Assembly: GCA_963779575.1 (NCBI GenBank)
Contig: CAVZYT010000005.1
Coordinates: forward strand, 12,636 to 76,635
Reading direction: 5' to 3'
Source of the DNA: an uncultured Chloroflexia bacterium
GTDB lineage: Bacteria; Chloroflexota; Limnocylindria; Limnocylindrales; CSP1-4
DNA: 64,000 nt
The notes below the pieces were generated by a model, which ran no database searches, was not told the origin of the DNA, and saw only the letters and a list, made by a program, of their open reading frames with translations. The stretch's first letter is position 1. Every line of letters begins with the position of its first letter. Shown in pieces: positions 46,674 through 56,494 of this stretch. A program made the position numbers and the translations under genes.

Positions 46674-49023
46674 ATGGCCCGACCGAGACGTCGCCTAGGC
46701 AACCTGCCCGCGGAGACGACCAGCTTCGTGGGCCGCCGCCGGGAGCTGGCTGAGCTTCGCAGTGCGCTCGCCAGGGCCCGCCTCGTCAGCCTCGTCGGCC
46801 CGGGCGGCGTGGGCAAGACGCGCCTGGCTCTTCGAGCGGCGACGGACCTCGGACGTGGCTTCGCGGACGGAGCCTGGTGGGTCGACCTCGCCGAGGTCCG
46901 CGATGCGGCGCTCGTGTCGGGTGCAGCGGTCGCAGCGCTGGACCTGCGGGACCAGGCCGCGGCCGAGCCGTTGCAGATCCTGTCGTCCTACCTGCGGGAC
47001 CGCGAGGCTGCTGCTCGTCTTCGACAACTGCGAGCACGTGCTCGACGCGTCTGCTGCCCTGGTGGCGGACATCCTCCGTGCCGCACCCAACGTCCGCGTG
47101 ATCGCGACGAGCCGCGAGCCCCTGCAGGTCCCGGGCGAGCACGTCGTCCCGGTGCCGCCGCTGGAGCTTCCGGCCGGAGGGAGACGAGCAGCCGATCTCC
47201 CGGCTGCTCCAGAACGAGGCCGTCATGTTGTTCACGGAGCGAGCGGCGGCCGCATCAGGGTCGTTCGATCTGAGCGCGTCGAATCGATCGGCCGTCGTCG
47301 GCCTGTGCCGGCGACTCGATGGCCTGCCGCTCGCGATCGAGCTTGCCGCCGTCAGGACGCGCGTGCTCACCGTCGAGCAGATCCTCGATCGACTGACGGA
47401 CCGGTTCGCGCTCCTGACCGGAGGAGGCCGCGCGGCACTGCCTCGGCAGCAGACGCTGAGGATGACCATCGACTGGAGCCACGACCTGTTGACGGCCGCG
47501 GAGCAGAGGCTCCTGCGCCGCCTGTGCGTGTTCGCCGGCCGGTTCACCGTCGATGACGTCGAGTCGGTCTTCGCGATCGACCAGGAATCCGGCGCCCAGG
47601 CGCTGGACCTGCTGGCCGCGCTGGTCGACAAGTCGCTGGTCACGAGGGAGGACGCGTTCGGCGTCGCCTGCTATCGCCTGCACGAGACGATGCGCGAGTA
47701 CGCCAGCCTCAAGCTGCGAGAGGCGGGCGAGGTCGGAGCGGCTCGACGACGTGCTACGTCGAGTACTACCGGACGCAGTCCCGCGATCTGCGGGAGGCGC
47801 TGCTTCGCGATCATCCGGCTCGGTCCTCCGGTCTGGCGCCCCAGGGCCCAACCGGACGCTCCGAATGGCTCCAGTGGGTCGACCTCGAGATCGACAACAT
47901 CCGATCGGCACTCCAGAAGTGCCTGGCTGCTTCGGACTGGCGGCGTGGTCTGGAGCTCGCCACGTCCGTCGGCTACTTCTGGGTCACGCGCGGGACCACG
48001 GAGAGCATCCGCTGGTTCGATGACCTGCTCGCGGCGGCTGAGGGATCCGCAGACGTTCCGCCGCGGGCGTACTACTTCCGGGGATGGATGAGCATCCTGA
48101 AGGGCGACCCCGAGGCGGCCGGGCCCTGGCTTGCTCGGGCGATCGCCGCAGCCCGCGTCGCGGTACAGCTCCCGCAGCTGTCCGAATCGCTGTCCCTCGC
48201 CTCGACCGCGGAGGACATGGCAGGAGATCGCACAGCCGCCCGACGACTCCTCGACGAAGCCGAGACCATCACGCCGCGGCGTCGACCACTACCCCGCGAC
48301 GATGGCGTTGATCCAGGCACGGCCATCCATGCGCTGTTCGAGGGAGACCTCGCCGCCGCGGAGGCCGCGTCCTCTGAGGGCGCTCGACTGAGCCGCGAGG
48401 TCGGCGACCTGTACTACCTCGAACGGATGCTCATGAACCTCGGCCTCGTCGCGCTGGCGGCCGGGGATCTGCCCGGGTCGAAGGCGCGGTTCATCGAGGG
48501 GCTGCGGATCGCGAAGCAGACCGACAACCGGCTCGGACAGTCCTCCTTCCTGCGTCGATTGGGCGGGCAGGCGGCGAGTTCCGGCCAGGCGCGCCTGGCG
48601 GCGCGGTTGCTCGGGGCAGCGGATGCCCTCGGTGCGGCTGCCGGCGCCAGCACGACCGGTCCCATCGAGCCGGAGCTGGCGCGGGCGACGGAAGCGGCGA
48701 CAGCGGCGATGGGCGCGGCGAGGTTCGAGGCCGAGTACGCCGCGGGCACACGGTTGAATCGCGAGGCAGCGCTGCGACTTGCGCTCGGCGAACCGGACGA
48801 GCTCGATGTCGACGCCGATCACCAGGTCGACACCGGACCACTTTCGAAGCGAGAGGTGGAGGTGGCGAGACTGATCGGCGAGGGTCTCGGCAACAGGGAG
48901 ATCGCGGCGCGCCTGTTCATCTCGGAACGGACGGTCACGACCCACGTCGGCAACATCCTGAACAAGCTCGGGTTCGATTCGCGCGTCCAGGTCGCGAGCT
49001 GGATCGCGACGTCTGATCCGTAG
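46674..49023 (+). pseudogene. Large ATP-binding LuxR-family (LAL/AfsR-like NB-ARC plus TPR plus HTH) regulator with at least 5 frameshifts
   Basis: Walker A ([13 protein letters not shown]), [22 protein letters not shown]-like repeats and a terminal LuxR HTH (..LSKREVEVARLIGEGLGNREIAARLFISERTVTTHVGNILNKLG) are in order. Frame changes lie near 47008, 47175, 47737, 47751 and probably 48273/48322. Confidence 0.75.
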
Positions 49024-49032
49024 CGCGTGCCC

Positions 49033-50007
49033 TTAGACCTGTGAGCCCTGTCCGCCCGCCCCGTCCCACTCGCTGACTTCGGCCACCAAGGGCACGAGTA
49101 CGCGATCTGGCTCGTCCTCGATCGCCGCTGGCGCCGACGACGGGACCGATTGCGCGCTGAACGCACCCACCCAGACACCAACCAAGACGAACGCTCCACC
49201 GAGCACGAATGTGAGCCGGATCGGCTCGCCCAGGATGACCGCGGCCAGCGCGACACCCGCCAGTGGCTTGAAGAGATCCGTGTAGGAGTAGCCCGACGCC
49301 GTCCAGCGTCCGATGATGAAGATGGCGAGCGGAAACAGCAGCACGGTCCCGAACACGACCAGAAACACCAAGGCCGCCCACGTCTGCGGCTGGCTCGGGA
49401 GGACCCAGGGCTCTCCCGCGAAGACCGAGAGCGCGACCAGGATCGGCAGGGCGACGGCGCCCCCCACCGCGTTCGCCGAGATTGGGTGGCCCGGTGGCAG
49501 ACGTTTGATCACAACGGCGGTGACCGCGCTGAAGAACATCGCTCCACCCAGCGCCAGCAGGGCGGGCACCGGGACCGCGGCACCAAGCTGGTCACTCACG
49601 ACGACGACCATTCCTGCGGCGGCGACCAGGGCCCCCGCCACGCCCCGGAATGTGAACCGCTCGAGGCCGATCACTGCGGCCACGGCGAGGGTCACCAGTG
49701 GCGTCACCGCGAATACGATCGCGCCCATCGACGCCGACGAGCCGCTCACGCCCACGTAGAGCAACGCGGTCGACGCGACGAAGGTGAGACTGAACAGCAG
49801 GGCGCCCACGAGGTTCGCTCGGCGCGGGAACGGGATGTGCAGCGCGAGAGCCAAGGCGGTGAAGATGGTCACTGCCAGCGCGTAGCGCAGGGTGGCGGCC
49901 CAGAACGGTGGCAACTCGAAGCTGCCCAGGCGGATTGCGACCGAGACGGCCCCGGCGATCAGGACGAAGCCGAAGAATGCCGCCAGTGTGACGCGGTCTG
50001 GACGCAT
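49033..50007 (-). CDS. EamA/DMT-family transporter
   Basis: 10-TM layout with two EamA-like halves. Confidence 0.8.
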   Translation of the reverse strand: MRPDRVTLAAFFGFVLIAGAVSVAIRLGSFELPPFWAATLRYALAVTIFTALALALHIPFPRRANLVGALLFSLTFVASTALLYVGVSGSSASMGAIVFAVTPLVTLAVAAVIGLERFTFRGVAGALVAAAGMVVVVSDQLGAAVPVPALLALGGAMFFSAVTAVVIKRLPPGHPISANAVGGAVALPILVALSVFAGEPWVLPSQPQTWAALVFLVVFGTVLLFPLAIFIIGRWTASGYSYTDLFKPLAGVALAAVILGEPIRLTFVLGGAFVLVGVWVGAFSAQSVPSSAPAAIEDEPDRVLVPLVAEVSEWDGAGGQGSQV

Positions 50008-50213
50008 GCGACGAGGCTAATGCCATGCGTCAACGTTCGTCACCATTAGTCGCCGACGCTGGCTCCCGAGGCGTAGCACCCGAGGCGGATAGACCCGGCC
50101 GCTTGCGCCAACCACGCTCATGGCGATGTCGACGGGCGTGCACTCCAGCGTCACCAGCGTCAGAGACGGCACGACAACGGCTGCCGCTCTGACGGAAAGC
50201 GTCGGCCGGTCGC

Positions 50214-51557
50214 GTGATCCGGACCTGCGACAACGGGCACCCGCCCGCCCGCGTCCCGTCCGGGATGCGGTGCGCAGCGTGCGAGCGCAGGCGCCCCAGT
50301 CGGCAGGCGCGCGGGTACGACGCGGCCCACGAGCGGGCGCGAGCAACGCTCGCGGCCCTGCTGCCCGCGCCCTGCGCGTGCGGGTGCGGCGCGGTGCTGG
50401 ACGCGGGATCCGACTGGGTGGCGGCACACCTGGTGGACGGCGACCCCTCCGCCGGCTGGGCGGCCATGTGCCGCTCGGGCAACGAACGCATGAAGCGCAG
50501 GGGGTGGGGTAGCACCTCGGATGGCGTGGCACCCGGGAGTACCCGTGACCCGGGAGGGCATGCCGGGCTCGGCTTTCGACGAATGCCCGCGCCGCCACAC
50601 ACGCTCGAGATCGACCCCGATCGTATGCCCATCGCCGTCGGCCTGTTCGAGCGGTACGCACTCGGCAACGTGAGCGCGACGGGGCTCGAGGCGGAAACCG
50701 GCCTAGCTGCGACCCGGATCCGGATGATCCTCATGAACCCGCTCTACAACGGCTGGATCCGCCGACACCGTGGGCCGCGCGAGACTCGCCGGCCAGCGCC
50801 CTGGCGCTTTGACCCACCGGTCTCGGACGACCTCTGGGCGCGGGTCGAGGACGTGCGGCGAGCGAGAACACAGGGTGGGGGACCGCGCCACCGCGGTCGC
50901 CTCGACATGCTTGCGGGGCTCCTGGAGTGCACCTGCGGGAGGCGGATTCGATCAGACGGTCGGATGGGGAACTCGGAGCGGGTCGCCAAGCTGCACACCG
51001 ACCCATGTGCCGGCTGGGGCTCGAAAGCCCGGATTGCCGCGACCACCTGGGAGGTACCCATCCTCGCCCAGCTAGGGTCGCTCCGTGTCGACCACGCCAT
51101 GCGCGCTCAGATCACCGCGGTGCTCTCTGCCGGTGATCGTCCATTGACCATGGATCGTGCCCGCCTCGAACGCCAGATGCGCGAGCTTGCATTGGAGCAT
51201 GCCGCGGCACGGCTCGACGACGCGGAGTACCTCGCGCGGATGGCACGCCTCCGCGGAGACCTGGAGATCGTGGGGGTGCAGCCGGCCCGGGACCTGCCGG
51301 CGCGTCGCGCGACTGAGTGGCTCGACGCCCTCGCCGAAACCTGGCAGCAGACGGAACAAGTAGAGGAGAAATCCGACGTGATCCACGCGATATACGAACG
51401 GATGGTCATCGAAGGGCCGCGCTTCGTCGGCCTGCGCCTCACACCGGCGGCGTATCGGCACGGAATGGCGCTCGCGCTGCCAGAGGCTGTTATGGCGCGC
51501 CCGACAGGATTCGAACCTGCGACCTTCGGCTCCGGAGGCCGACGCTCTATCCACTGA
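50214..51557 (+). CDS. Recombinase-type protein: an HNH-like zinc-finger N-terminus fused to serine-integrase DNA-binding domains (recombinase domain, zinc ribbon, coiled coil). No resolvase catalytic domain recognised
   Basis: ..LEIDPDRMPIAVGLFERYALG..IRMILMNPLYNGWIRR.. (recombinase domain). ..MLAGLLECTCGRRIRSDG.. (zinc ribbon). A long helical region follows. The N-terminal ~100 aa read C..C..RGYDAAHERAR..PCACGCG..AAHL..CRSGN, which is HNH-like. The last 17 codons read through the att core into the tRNA gene. Confidence 0.7.
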   Translation: MIRTCDNGHPPARVPSGMRCAACERRRPSRQARGYDAAHERARATLAALLPAPCACGCGAVLDAGSDWVAAHLVDGDPSAGWAAMCRSGNERMKRRGWGSTSDGVAPGSTRDPGGHAGLGFRRMPAPPHTLEIDPDRMPIAVGLFERYALGNVSATGLEAETGLAATRIRMILMNPLYNGWIRRHRGPRETRRPAPWRFDPPVSDDLWARVEDVRRARTQGGGPRHRGRLDMLAGLLECTCGRRIRSDGRMGNSERVAKLHTDPCAGWGSKARIAATTWEVPILAQLGSLRVDHAMRAQITAVLSAGDRPLTMDRARLERQMRELALEHAAARLDDAEYLARMARLRGDLEIVGVQPARDLPARRATEWLDALAETWQQTEQVEEKSDVIHAIYERMVIEGPRFVGLRLTPAAYRHGMALALPEAVMARPTGFEPATFGSGGRRSIH

Positions 51558-51568
51558 GCTACAGGCGC
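51493..51568 (-). tRNA. tRNA-Arg, anticodon CCG, CCA encoded
   Basis: Folded by hand: acceptor GCGCCTG/CGGGCGC, D arm GCTC-AGTGGATA-GAGC, anticodon arm TCGGC-CTCCGGA-GCCGA, variable loop AGGTC, T arm GCAGG-TTCGAAT-CCTGT, discriminator G, then CCA. 76 nt. Confidence 0.9.
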
Positions 51569-51707
51569 GCGGGGCCCGATGATACCGGTCGAGTACGCGT
51601 CCGGCGATGGGCGCGATCACGTCAACTCGAGCGACACCGATCCCTCATCCGACCACGCGCGGCTGCGCCGGCGAAGACCACGATGGCGACCCGGTCAGGG
51701 CAAAGGT

Positions 51708-52145
51708 TCACTCCGCGGCGACCTGGAGCTTCGCCCAGGCATAGAGCGCGTCGTAGACGGGGAGCTCGAGCTCGAGTTGGCGCTGGTCGTCGACGCCGAG
51801 ATGCATGAAGCCGCGTGCGATCGCTTCGAGGCCCCGCGACTGGGGCGTGATGTCGGCGTCCTCGGACACGTCGGCGCCGTGGACGACCTGGGCCACGAGC
51901 GCGAGAGCCGGATCACTGCCGAGCTTGTAATCCTCGATGAGGACTTCGAACGAGCAGAGGCCGTCGCGGTGGGTGTAGGTCGCACCCGGCGCGTCGAAGC
52001 TCGTCGCGCCGTCTCGGGCGGCGTACTCGAGCACCTGGTCGCGGGGCACATAGACGATCTCAGCGCCGGGATCGATGTACCTGCGGATGAGCCAGGGGCA
52101 GGCGATGCGATCGGTATGCGGGTGCTCGCGGGTAACCCACTGCAT
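51708..52145 (-). CDS. ChrB C-terminal-domain (chromate resistance) family protein
   Basis: MQWVTREHPHTDRIACPWLIRRYIDPGAEIVYVP.. is the characteristic start of this family. Confidence 0.75.
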   Translation of the reverse strand: MQWVTREHPHTDRIACPWLIRRYIDPGAEIVYVPRDQVLEYAARDGATSFDAPGATYTHRDGLCSFEVLIEDYKLGSDPALALVAQVVHGADVSEDADITPQSRGLEAIARGFMHLGVDDQRQLELELPVYDALYAWAKLQVAAE

Positions 52146-52336
52146 GTCGGCTCTCCTATCAGGCCGGTTCGCAGAACAGCATCAGGGCAAGCTGCTTGAA
52201 CGCGCACGAGGAACCGTCCGTCCTGGCCGTTGCTCGATCACGGTAGCGGCGATCAGATGGGAGAGATTGATGACGCCGACGAATCGGCACCGGACCGCAA
52301 ACGTATGACCGCAAGGCCGAGTGCTACGCTTGCGAC

Positions 52337-53503
52337 GTGGGATCGGGGAGCAGCGCCGACGGTCGGGGACGTTCCGGCGCGGCCCCCGACGAACCCACAG
52401 CCGGGTCGCCGGCCAGCCCCAACGGCGACAAGGACCCCGCGTCCAACGCCCCGGTCCGCACCGCAGTTGCGCGCCGCCCGGTCCCCACGATGCGCGACAT
52501 CGCGGTCGCGGCCAAGGTGTCGCAGAGCACGGTCTCGAGGGTCCTGAACAACGCCCCGACACGCGTCCCGATCGCCGAGGAGACACGCGAGCGCGTCAAC
52601 CTTGCCGCGCGGAGGCTGCGCTACCGGCCCAATCCCCTGGCTCGAGGGCTCCGTGGCGCGTCGACGATGCTCATCGGGGCGGTGGTGCGCGACTTCAGCG
52701 ACCCGTTCTGGGCCGGCGCCATCGAGGCCCTGGCGGTCGAGGCGATGGCGCACGGCTACAACATCGTGCTCGGCCACGCGCAGGGGCGGCTCGACGAGGA
52801 GATCGCGCTGACGACGGTGCTCGAGACCCGGCACACGGACGCGATCGTGCTCCTCGGCGACATGCAGGATCAGCCGCGCCTCCTGGACGATCTCCGTGGA
52901 TCAGTTGCCCCGGTTGTCGCCCTGTGGCAGGGCTCCAGCCCCCTCGAGTTCCCGACCGCCGACCCGGACGACCGCGCCGGCATCCTCGCTGGGCTCAACC
53001 ACGTTGCCGACCTGGGCCACACACGCATCGCCTTCGTCAGCGCCCATCTGCAGGGCGACTTCCGCCAGCGCGAGGACGCCTACGTCGAGTTCATGACCCG
53101 GCGATTCGGCGGGGTGCCGGACGGGTACCTGCAGCGAGTGCCGAACACCCTCGCAGGCGGCGAGACGGCCCTCCGCGACCTGTTCGCCGTCGACCCCCAG
53201 CCAACCGCCGTCTGCACCTCCACCGACCTCGTCGCCATCGGCGCGCTGCACGCGGCCCACAACCTCGGCGCGAGCGTCCCTGAGCGGCTGTCCGTGGTCG
53301 GGTTCGACGACGTCCTGATCGCCGCACACACGGTCCCGGCACTGACCACGCTGCGGATGCCGACCGCCGAGATGGTCCGCTTCGCCGTCCGCGAGGCGAT
53401 CGACCTGTCGCGCGACCCCGATCTCGAACGCACGCCCCGCAAGCTCCTGTTCGAGCCGCCGCTGATCGTGCGCGAATCGACCGCGCCACCCCACGCGGAC
53501 TAG
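52337..53503 (+). CDS. LacI family transcriptional regulator (the start could be the ATG at 52490)
   Basis: MRDIAVAAKVSQSTVSRVLNN HTH plus a periplasmic-binding-like sugar-binding core. Confidence 0.85.
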   Translation: MGSGSSADGRGRSGAAPDEPTAGSPASPNGDKDPASNAPVRTAVARRPVPTMRDIAVAAKVSQSTVSRVLNNAPTRVPIAEETRERVNLAARRLRYRPNPLARGLRGASTMLIGAVVRDFSDPFWAGAIEALAVEAMAHGYNIVLGHAQGRLDEEIALTTVLETRHTDAIVLLGDMQDQPRLLDDLRGSVAPVVALWQGSSPLEFPTADPDDRAGILAGLNHVADLGHTRIAFVSAHLQGDFRQREDAYVEFMTRRFGGVPDGYLQRVPNTLAGGETALRDLFAVDPQPTAVCTSTDLVAIGALHAAHNLGASVPERLSVVGFDDVLIAAHTVPALTTLRMPTAEMVRFAVREAIDLSRDPDLERTPRKLLFEPPLIVRESTAPPHAD

Positions 53504-53505
53504 CC

Positions 53506-55470
53506 TCAGCCGGTCCCGTTTCCTCCGTCGCCGGCGCTGGCGCTCGGGATCCAGACGCGCATACCGGCGACCGCTCGGTTGCCCCAGGCGTGGTACGGCA
53601 CAGCGGCGAGCGTGATCGGCTCACCACCAGGTCCGACGGCCGCTGCCTTCAGGCCGAGGGCGCCTGCACCGAGATCGGCGCGCGCGACCGGGCTGGGCTG
53701 GGACGTCGCGTCGAGTGAGATGTCCTCCAGCTCGAGCGCGCCCGCGAGGTCGGCCGACTCGATGCAGTACACCAGCGGGCCGCGTTCGAGCGCCAGACAG
53801 CCCCGAATGGCATCGACCTCCGGGGCGGGCGCGGTGATCCGGCCGGGCATGTCGAGGTCGAGCACGACGGCGTCGCCGGCGCGCCACACGCGGGAACACT
53901 CGACGCGTCGGTCGCCAGCCGTGATCGGGTTCGCGGGCGTCGCATCGACCGAACCGTTGGCAGCCGCATACCAGTCGACGCTCCCCGAGCCCACCCAGCC
54001 CGGAACCCGCAGCGTGAGCGTCCAGGGCGCGTCGGGCGTCTCGTGCACGGTCACGCGCACGCGGCCCTCCCACGGGTAATCCGTCTCGATTGACAGGCGC
54101 ACGTCGCCGCCCGGTACCGTCGCGTGGATCTCGCCCGCCGCGTACTGGTGGACCTGGATCCCGTGGTCGTCCGTGGTGGCGAGGTATTGCGGCCAGCTGC
54201 CGAATGTTCGAACGAGGTTCGGCGGGCAGCAGGCGCAGGCGTACCACGGGGCCCGTTCACCCGCGCCCAGGTCGGCCGCGACGCGGTGCGTCCGGCGCTG
54301 GAGCGGGTTGACGTAGAAGAACCGCGTGCCGTCGAGCGACACGCCCGACAGGACGCCGTTGTAGATCGTCCGCTCGATGACGTCGGCACAGTCAGGGTCA
54401 CCGGTCGCGAGCAGCAGCCGCCAGGCGAGCATGACGCTCGCGATGGCCGCACAGGTCTCGGCGTAGGCGCGGTCGGGCGGCAGCTCATACGGGTCACCGA
54501 AGCCCTCTAGCTCGTGCCGGCTGCCGACGCCCCCGGTGAGGTACATCCGGGTCGCGACCATGTCCCGCCATCGCCGGTGGACGGCCTCGAGCAGGTCCGC
54601 GTCACCAGTCTCCGTCGCGACATCGACGGCGCCCGCATCGAGGTACAGCTGGCGGACGACGTGCCCCGCGACGTCCTGCGCCTCGCGCACGGGCAGGTGG
54701 TCCTGCCAGTAGGGCGACCCGAAGCGGCCCGCGCCCAGCAGCCCATGACCGCGACGTTCGACGTGAAGCCGCGCGAGCTCGAGGTAGCGCGCCTCTGCGG
54801 TGACGCGGTAGAGCTCGACCAGGGCCATCTCGATTTCGGGATGGCCGTCGATGCCCGTCGCACCGGAAGGCCCGAGGGCGGCGTCGACGGAATTGGCGGC
54901 GCGGCGCGAGATCGCCAGGAGCCGGTCGTCGCCGAGCGCGCGGTGCCACGCCACCCCAGCCTGGATCAGGTGCCCGAAGCAGTACAGCTCGTGGCCGAAC
55001 TGGAGGTCCTTGTACTCGCGACCGGGCGCGAGGACCTGGACGAACGTGTTCAGGTACCCGTCGTCGCGCTGCGCCGCCGCGATCGCGTCGATCGCCTCGT
55101 CGGCCATCGCGGCCACGGCAGGATCCCAGGTCCTCGCGAGCTCCCAGGCGACCCCTTCGAGCCACTTGTAGACGTCGGAGTCGAGGAACGGGAACGGCCC
55201 ATCGAACATGATCCCGAGGGCCTGGTATCTGCCGCTGGCACCCGCGGCGAGGCGCAGGTTGTGCAGGTTGCCCGCCTCGACGAGCTGGCCGAAGACGTGC
55301 GGCAGCGTCAGCTCGCGGTTCAGCCGCATGCGATCGGCCCAGAACCCGCCGGTGATCCCGACGTCCTGACCGCCCAGCGGGCGCAGACGACCGATGGCGC
55401 CGGCCGAGGGGATGACCGGCGCGATGGGAGCCGAGGCGCGGGTCGCCCGCTGACGGGCCGGGGCCTTCAC
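53506..55470 (-). CDS. Glycoside hydrolase family 127 (beta-L-arabinofuranosidase-like, DUF1680)
   Basis: ..ITGGFWADRMRLNRELTLPHVFGQLVEAGNLHNLRLAAG..YKWLEGVAWEL.. together with the ~650-aa length. I chose GTG 55470 as the start; it must lie downstream of the permease stop at 55595. Confidence 0.8.
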   Translation of the reverse strand: MKAPARQRATRASAPIAPVIPSAGAIGRLRPLGGQDVGITGGFWADRMRLNRELTLPHVFGQLVEAGNLHNLRLAAGASGRYQALGIMFDGPFPFLDSDVYKWLEGVAWELARTWDPAVAAMADEAIDAIAAAQRDDGYLNTFVQVLAPGREYKDLQFGHELYCFGHLIQAGVAWHRALGDDRLLAISRRAANSVDAALGPSGATGIDGHPEIEMALVELYRVTAEARYLELARLHVERRGHGLLGAGRFGSPYWQDHLPVREAQDVAGHVVRQLYLDAGAVDVATETGDADLLEAVHRRWRDMVATRMYLTGGVGSRHELEGFGDPYELPPDRAYAETCAAIASVMLAWRLLLATGDPDCADVIERTIYNGVLSGVSLDGTRFFYVNPLQRRTHRVAADLGAGERAPWYACACCPPNLVRTFGSWPQYLATTDDHGIQVHQYAAGEIHATVPGGDVRLSIETDYPWEGRVRVTVHETPDAPWTLTLRVPGWVGSGSVDWYAAANGSVDATPANPITAGDRRVECSRVWRAGDAVVLDLDMPGRITAPAPEVDAIRGCLALERGPLVYCIESADLAGALELEDISLDATSQPSPVARADLGAGALGLKAAAVGPGGEPITLAAVPYHAWGNRAVAGMRVWIPSASAGDGGNGTG

Positions 55471-55594
55471 GGGCCGCGATCCAGGAAGTTCACCACGCGC
55501 ATGCTCCGCTGGGCGCCAAGAATACGAACGCGAGCATACGATTGCATGCGCGGCTGCCACACGCAACTTGGCGAGCCCCGCCGACGCCCCCGGG

Positions 55595-56494
55595 TCACTT
55601 GACGGCACCGCTGAGGAGGCCCGACACGTAGTACTTCTGCAACAGCACATAGACGAGGATGCAGGGCACGATCGAGATCACGACGCCGGCCTGCAGCATC
55701 CCCCAGTCGGTGCCGCCCAGGCTCGTCTCGGCGCGGGCCGCGGCGAGGATCACCGGCAGCGTGAACGCCGACTCCTTGCTGTTCATCACCAGCGACCCCA
55801 GGAGCTCGTTCCAGGACGTGATGAACGCGAACAGCGCGACGGTCACGATCGCCGGCACCACCATCGGAAGGAAGACGCGGCGTAGCACCTGGAGCGGGCT
55901 GCCGCCATCGAGATACGCGGCCTCCTCGAGCTCACGCGGCACCGCCTCGAAGCTGTTGCGCATGATGTACAGGCTGAACGGCAGCTGGATGGTCGTATGC
56001 AGGATCGCGAGGCCGAAGATCGTGTTCGTGAGCTTGAGCTTGACGAACATCAGGAACATCGGCGTCAGCAGCGCTTGGTAGGGGATGATCAGCGCCAGGA
56101 GCAGGAAGACGAACAGGGCCTCCTTGCCCGGGATCGGAAAGCGCGCCAGCGCGTAGCCGGCCGGGATCGTGAGCCCGAGCGCGATCAGGATCGTCGCCAG
56201 CGCCGTCCCCAGGCTGTTGGCGAGGTATGTGGGGAGCCCGGCCTGGTACTTCCACAGCCGGCTGTAGCTGTCGAGGCTTACCTGGTGGGGGAGGTAGGTC
56301 GGCGGCTGCGCGGCCGCCTCCGCGGTCGTCTTCACGGACGCCAGGATGGCCAGCACGATCGGCGTCAGCATCACCGTGCATACGACGATGCAGATGGCGC
56401 CGACGAGGTACTTGCCCCGGCCCGACCAGGCCCTCGCGAGCGGGCCACCGGACCGGCTCCGGGCGCGCGGGGCCTCGATGGTTTCGGTGCTCAA
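55595..56494 (-). CDS. Carbohydrate ABC transporter permease (MalG-like)
   Basis: 6 TM. EAA loop ..EAAYLDGGSPLQVLRRVFLPMVVP.. Confidence 0.85.
   Translation of the reverse strand: MSTETIEAPRARSRSGGPLARAWSGRGKYLVGAICIVVCTVMLTPIVLAILASVKTTAEAAAQPPTYLPHQVSLDSYSRLWKYQAGLPTYLANSLGTALATILIALGLTIPAGYALARFPIPGKEALFVFLLLALIIPYQALLTPMFLMFVKLKLTNTIFGLAILHTTIQLPFSLYIMRNSFEAVPRELEEAAYLDGGSPLQVLRRVFLPMVVPAIVTVALFAFITSWNELLGSLVMNSKESAFTLPVILAAARAETSLGGTDWGMLQAGVVISIVPCILVYVLLQKYYVSGLLSGAVK

Larger units (their letters stand above)
42261..51508. mobile_element. Putative integrated element (degraded) bounded by tRNA-Arg 16-mer direct repeats, with a recombinase-type gene at the tRNA-proximal end
   Basis: Direct repeats at 42261 and 51493. 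The recombinase ORF is split across the two ends. Cargo includes pseudogenes. No conjugation or phage structural genes were seen. Confidence 0.5.

Noticed and set aside
51708-52145. ChrB-domain gene considered as part of a chromate-resistance system.
   Set aside because: There is no chrA transporter or other chr gene in the window. A stand-alone domain protein is not enough to infer a system.
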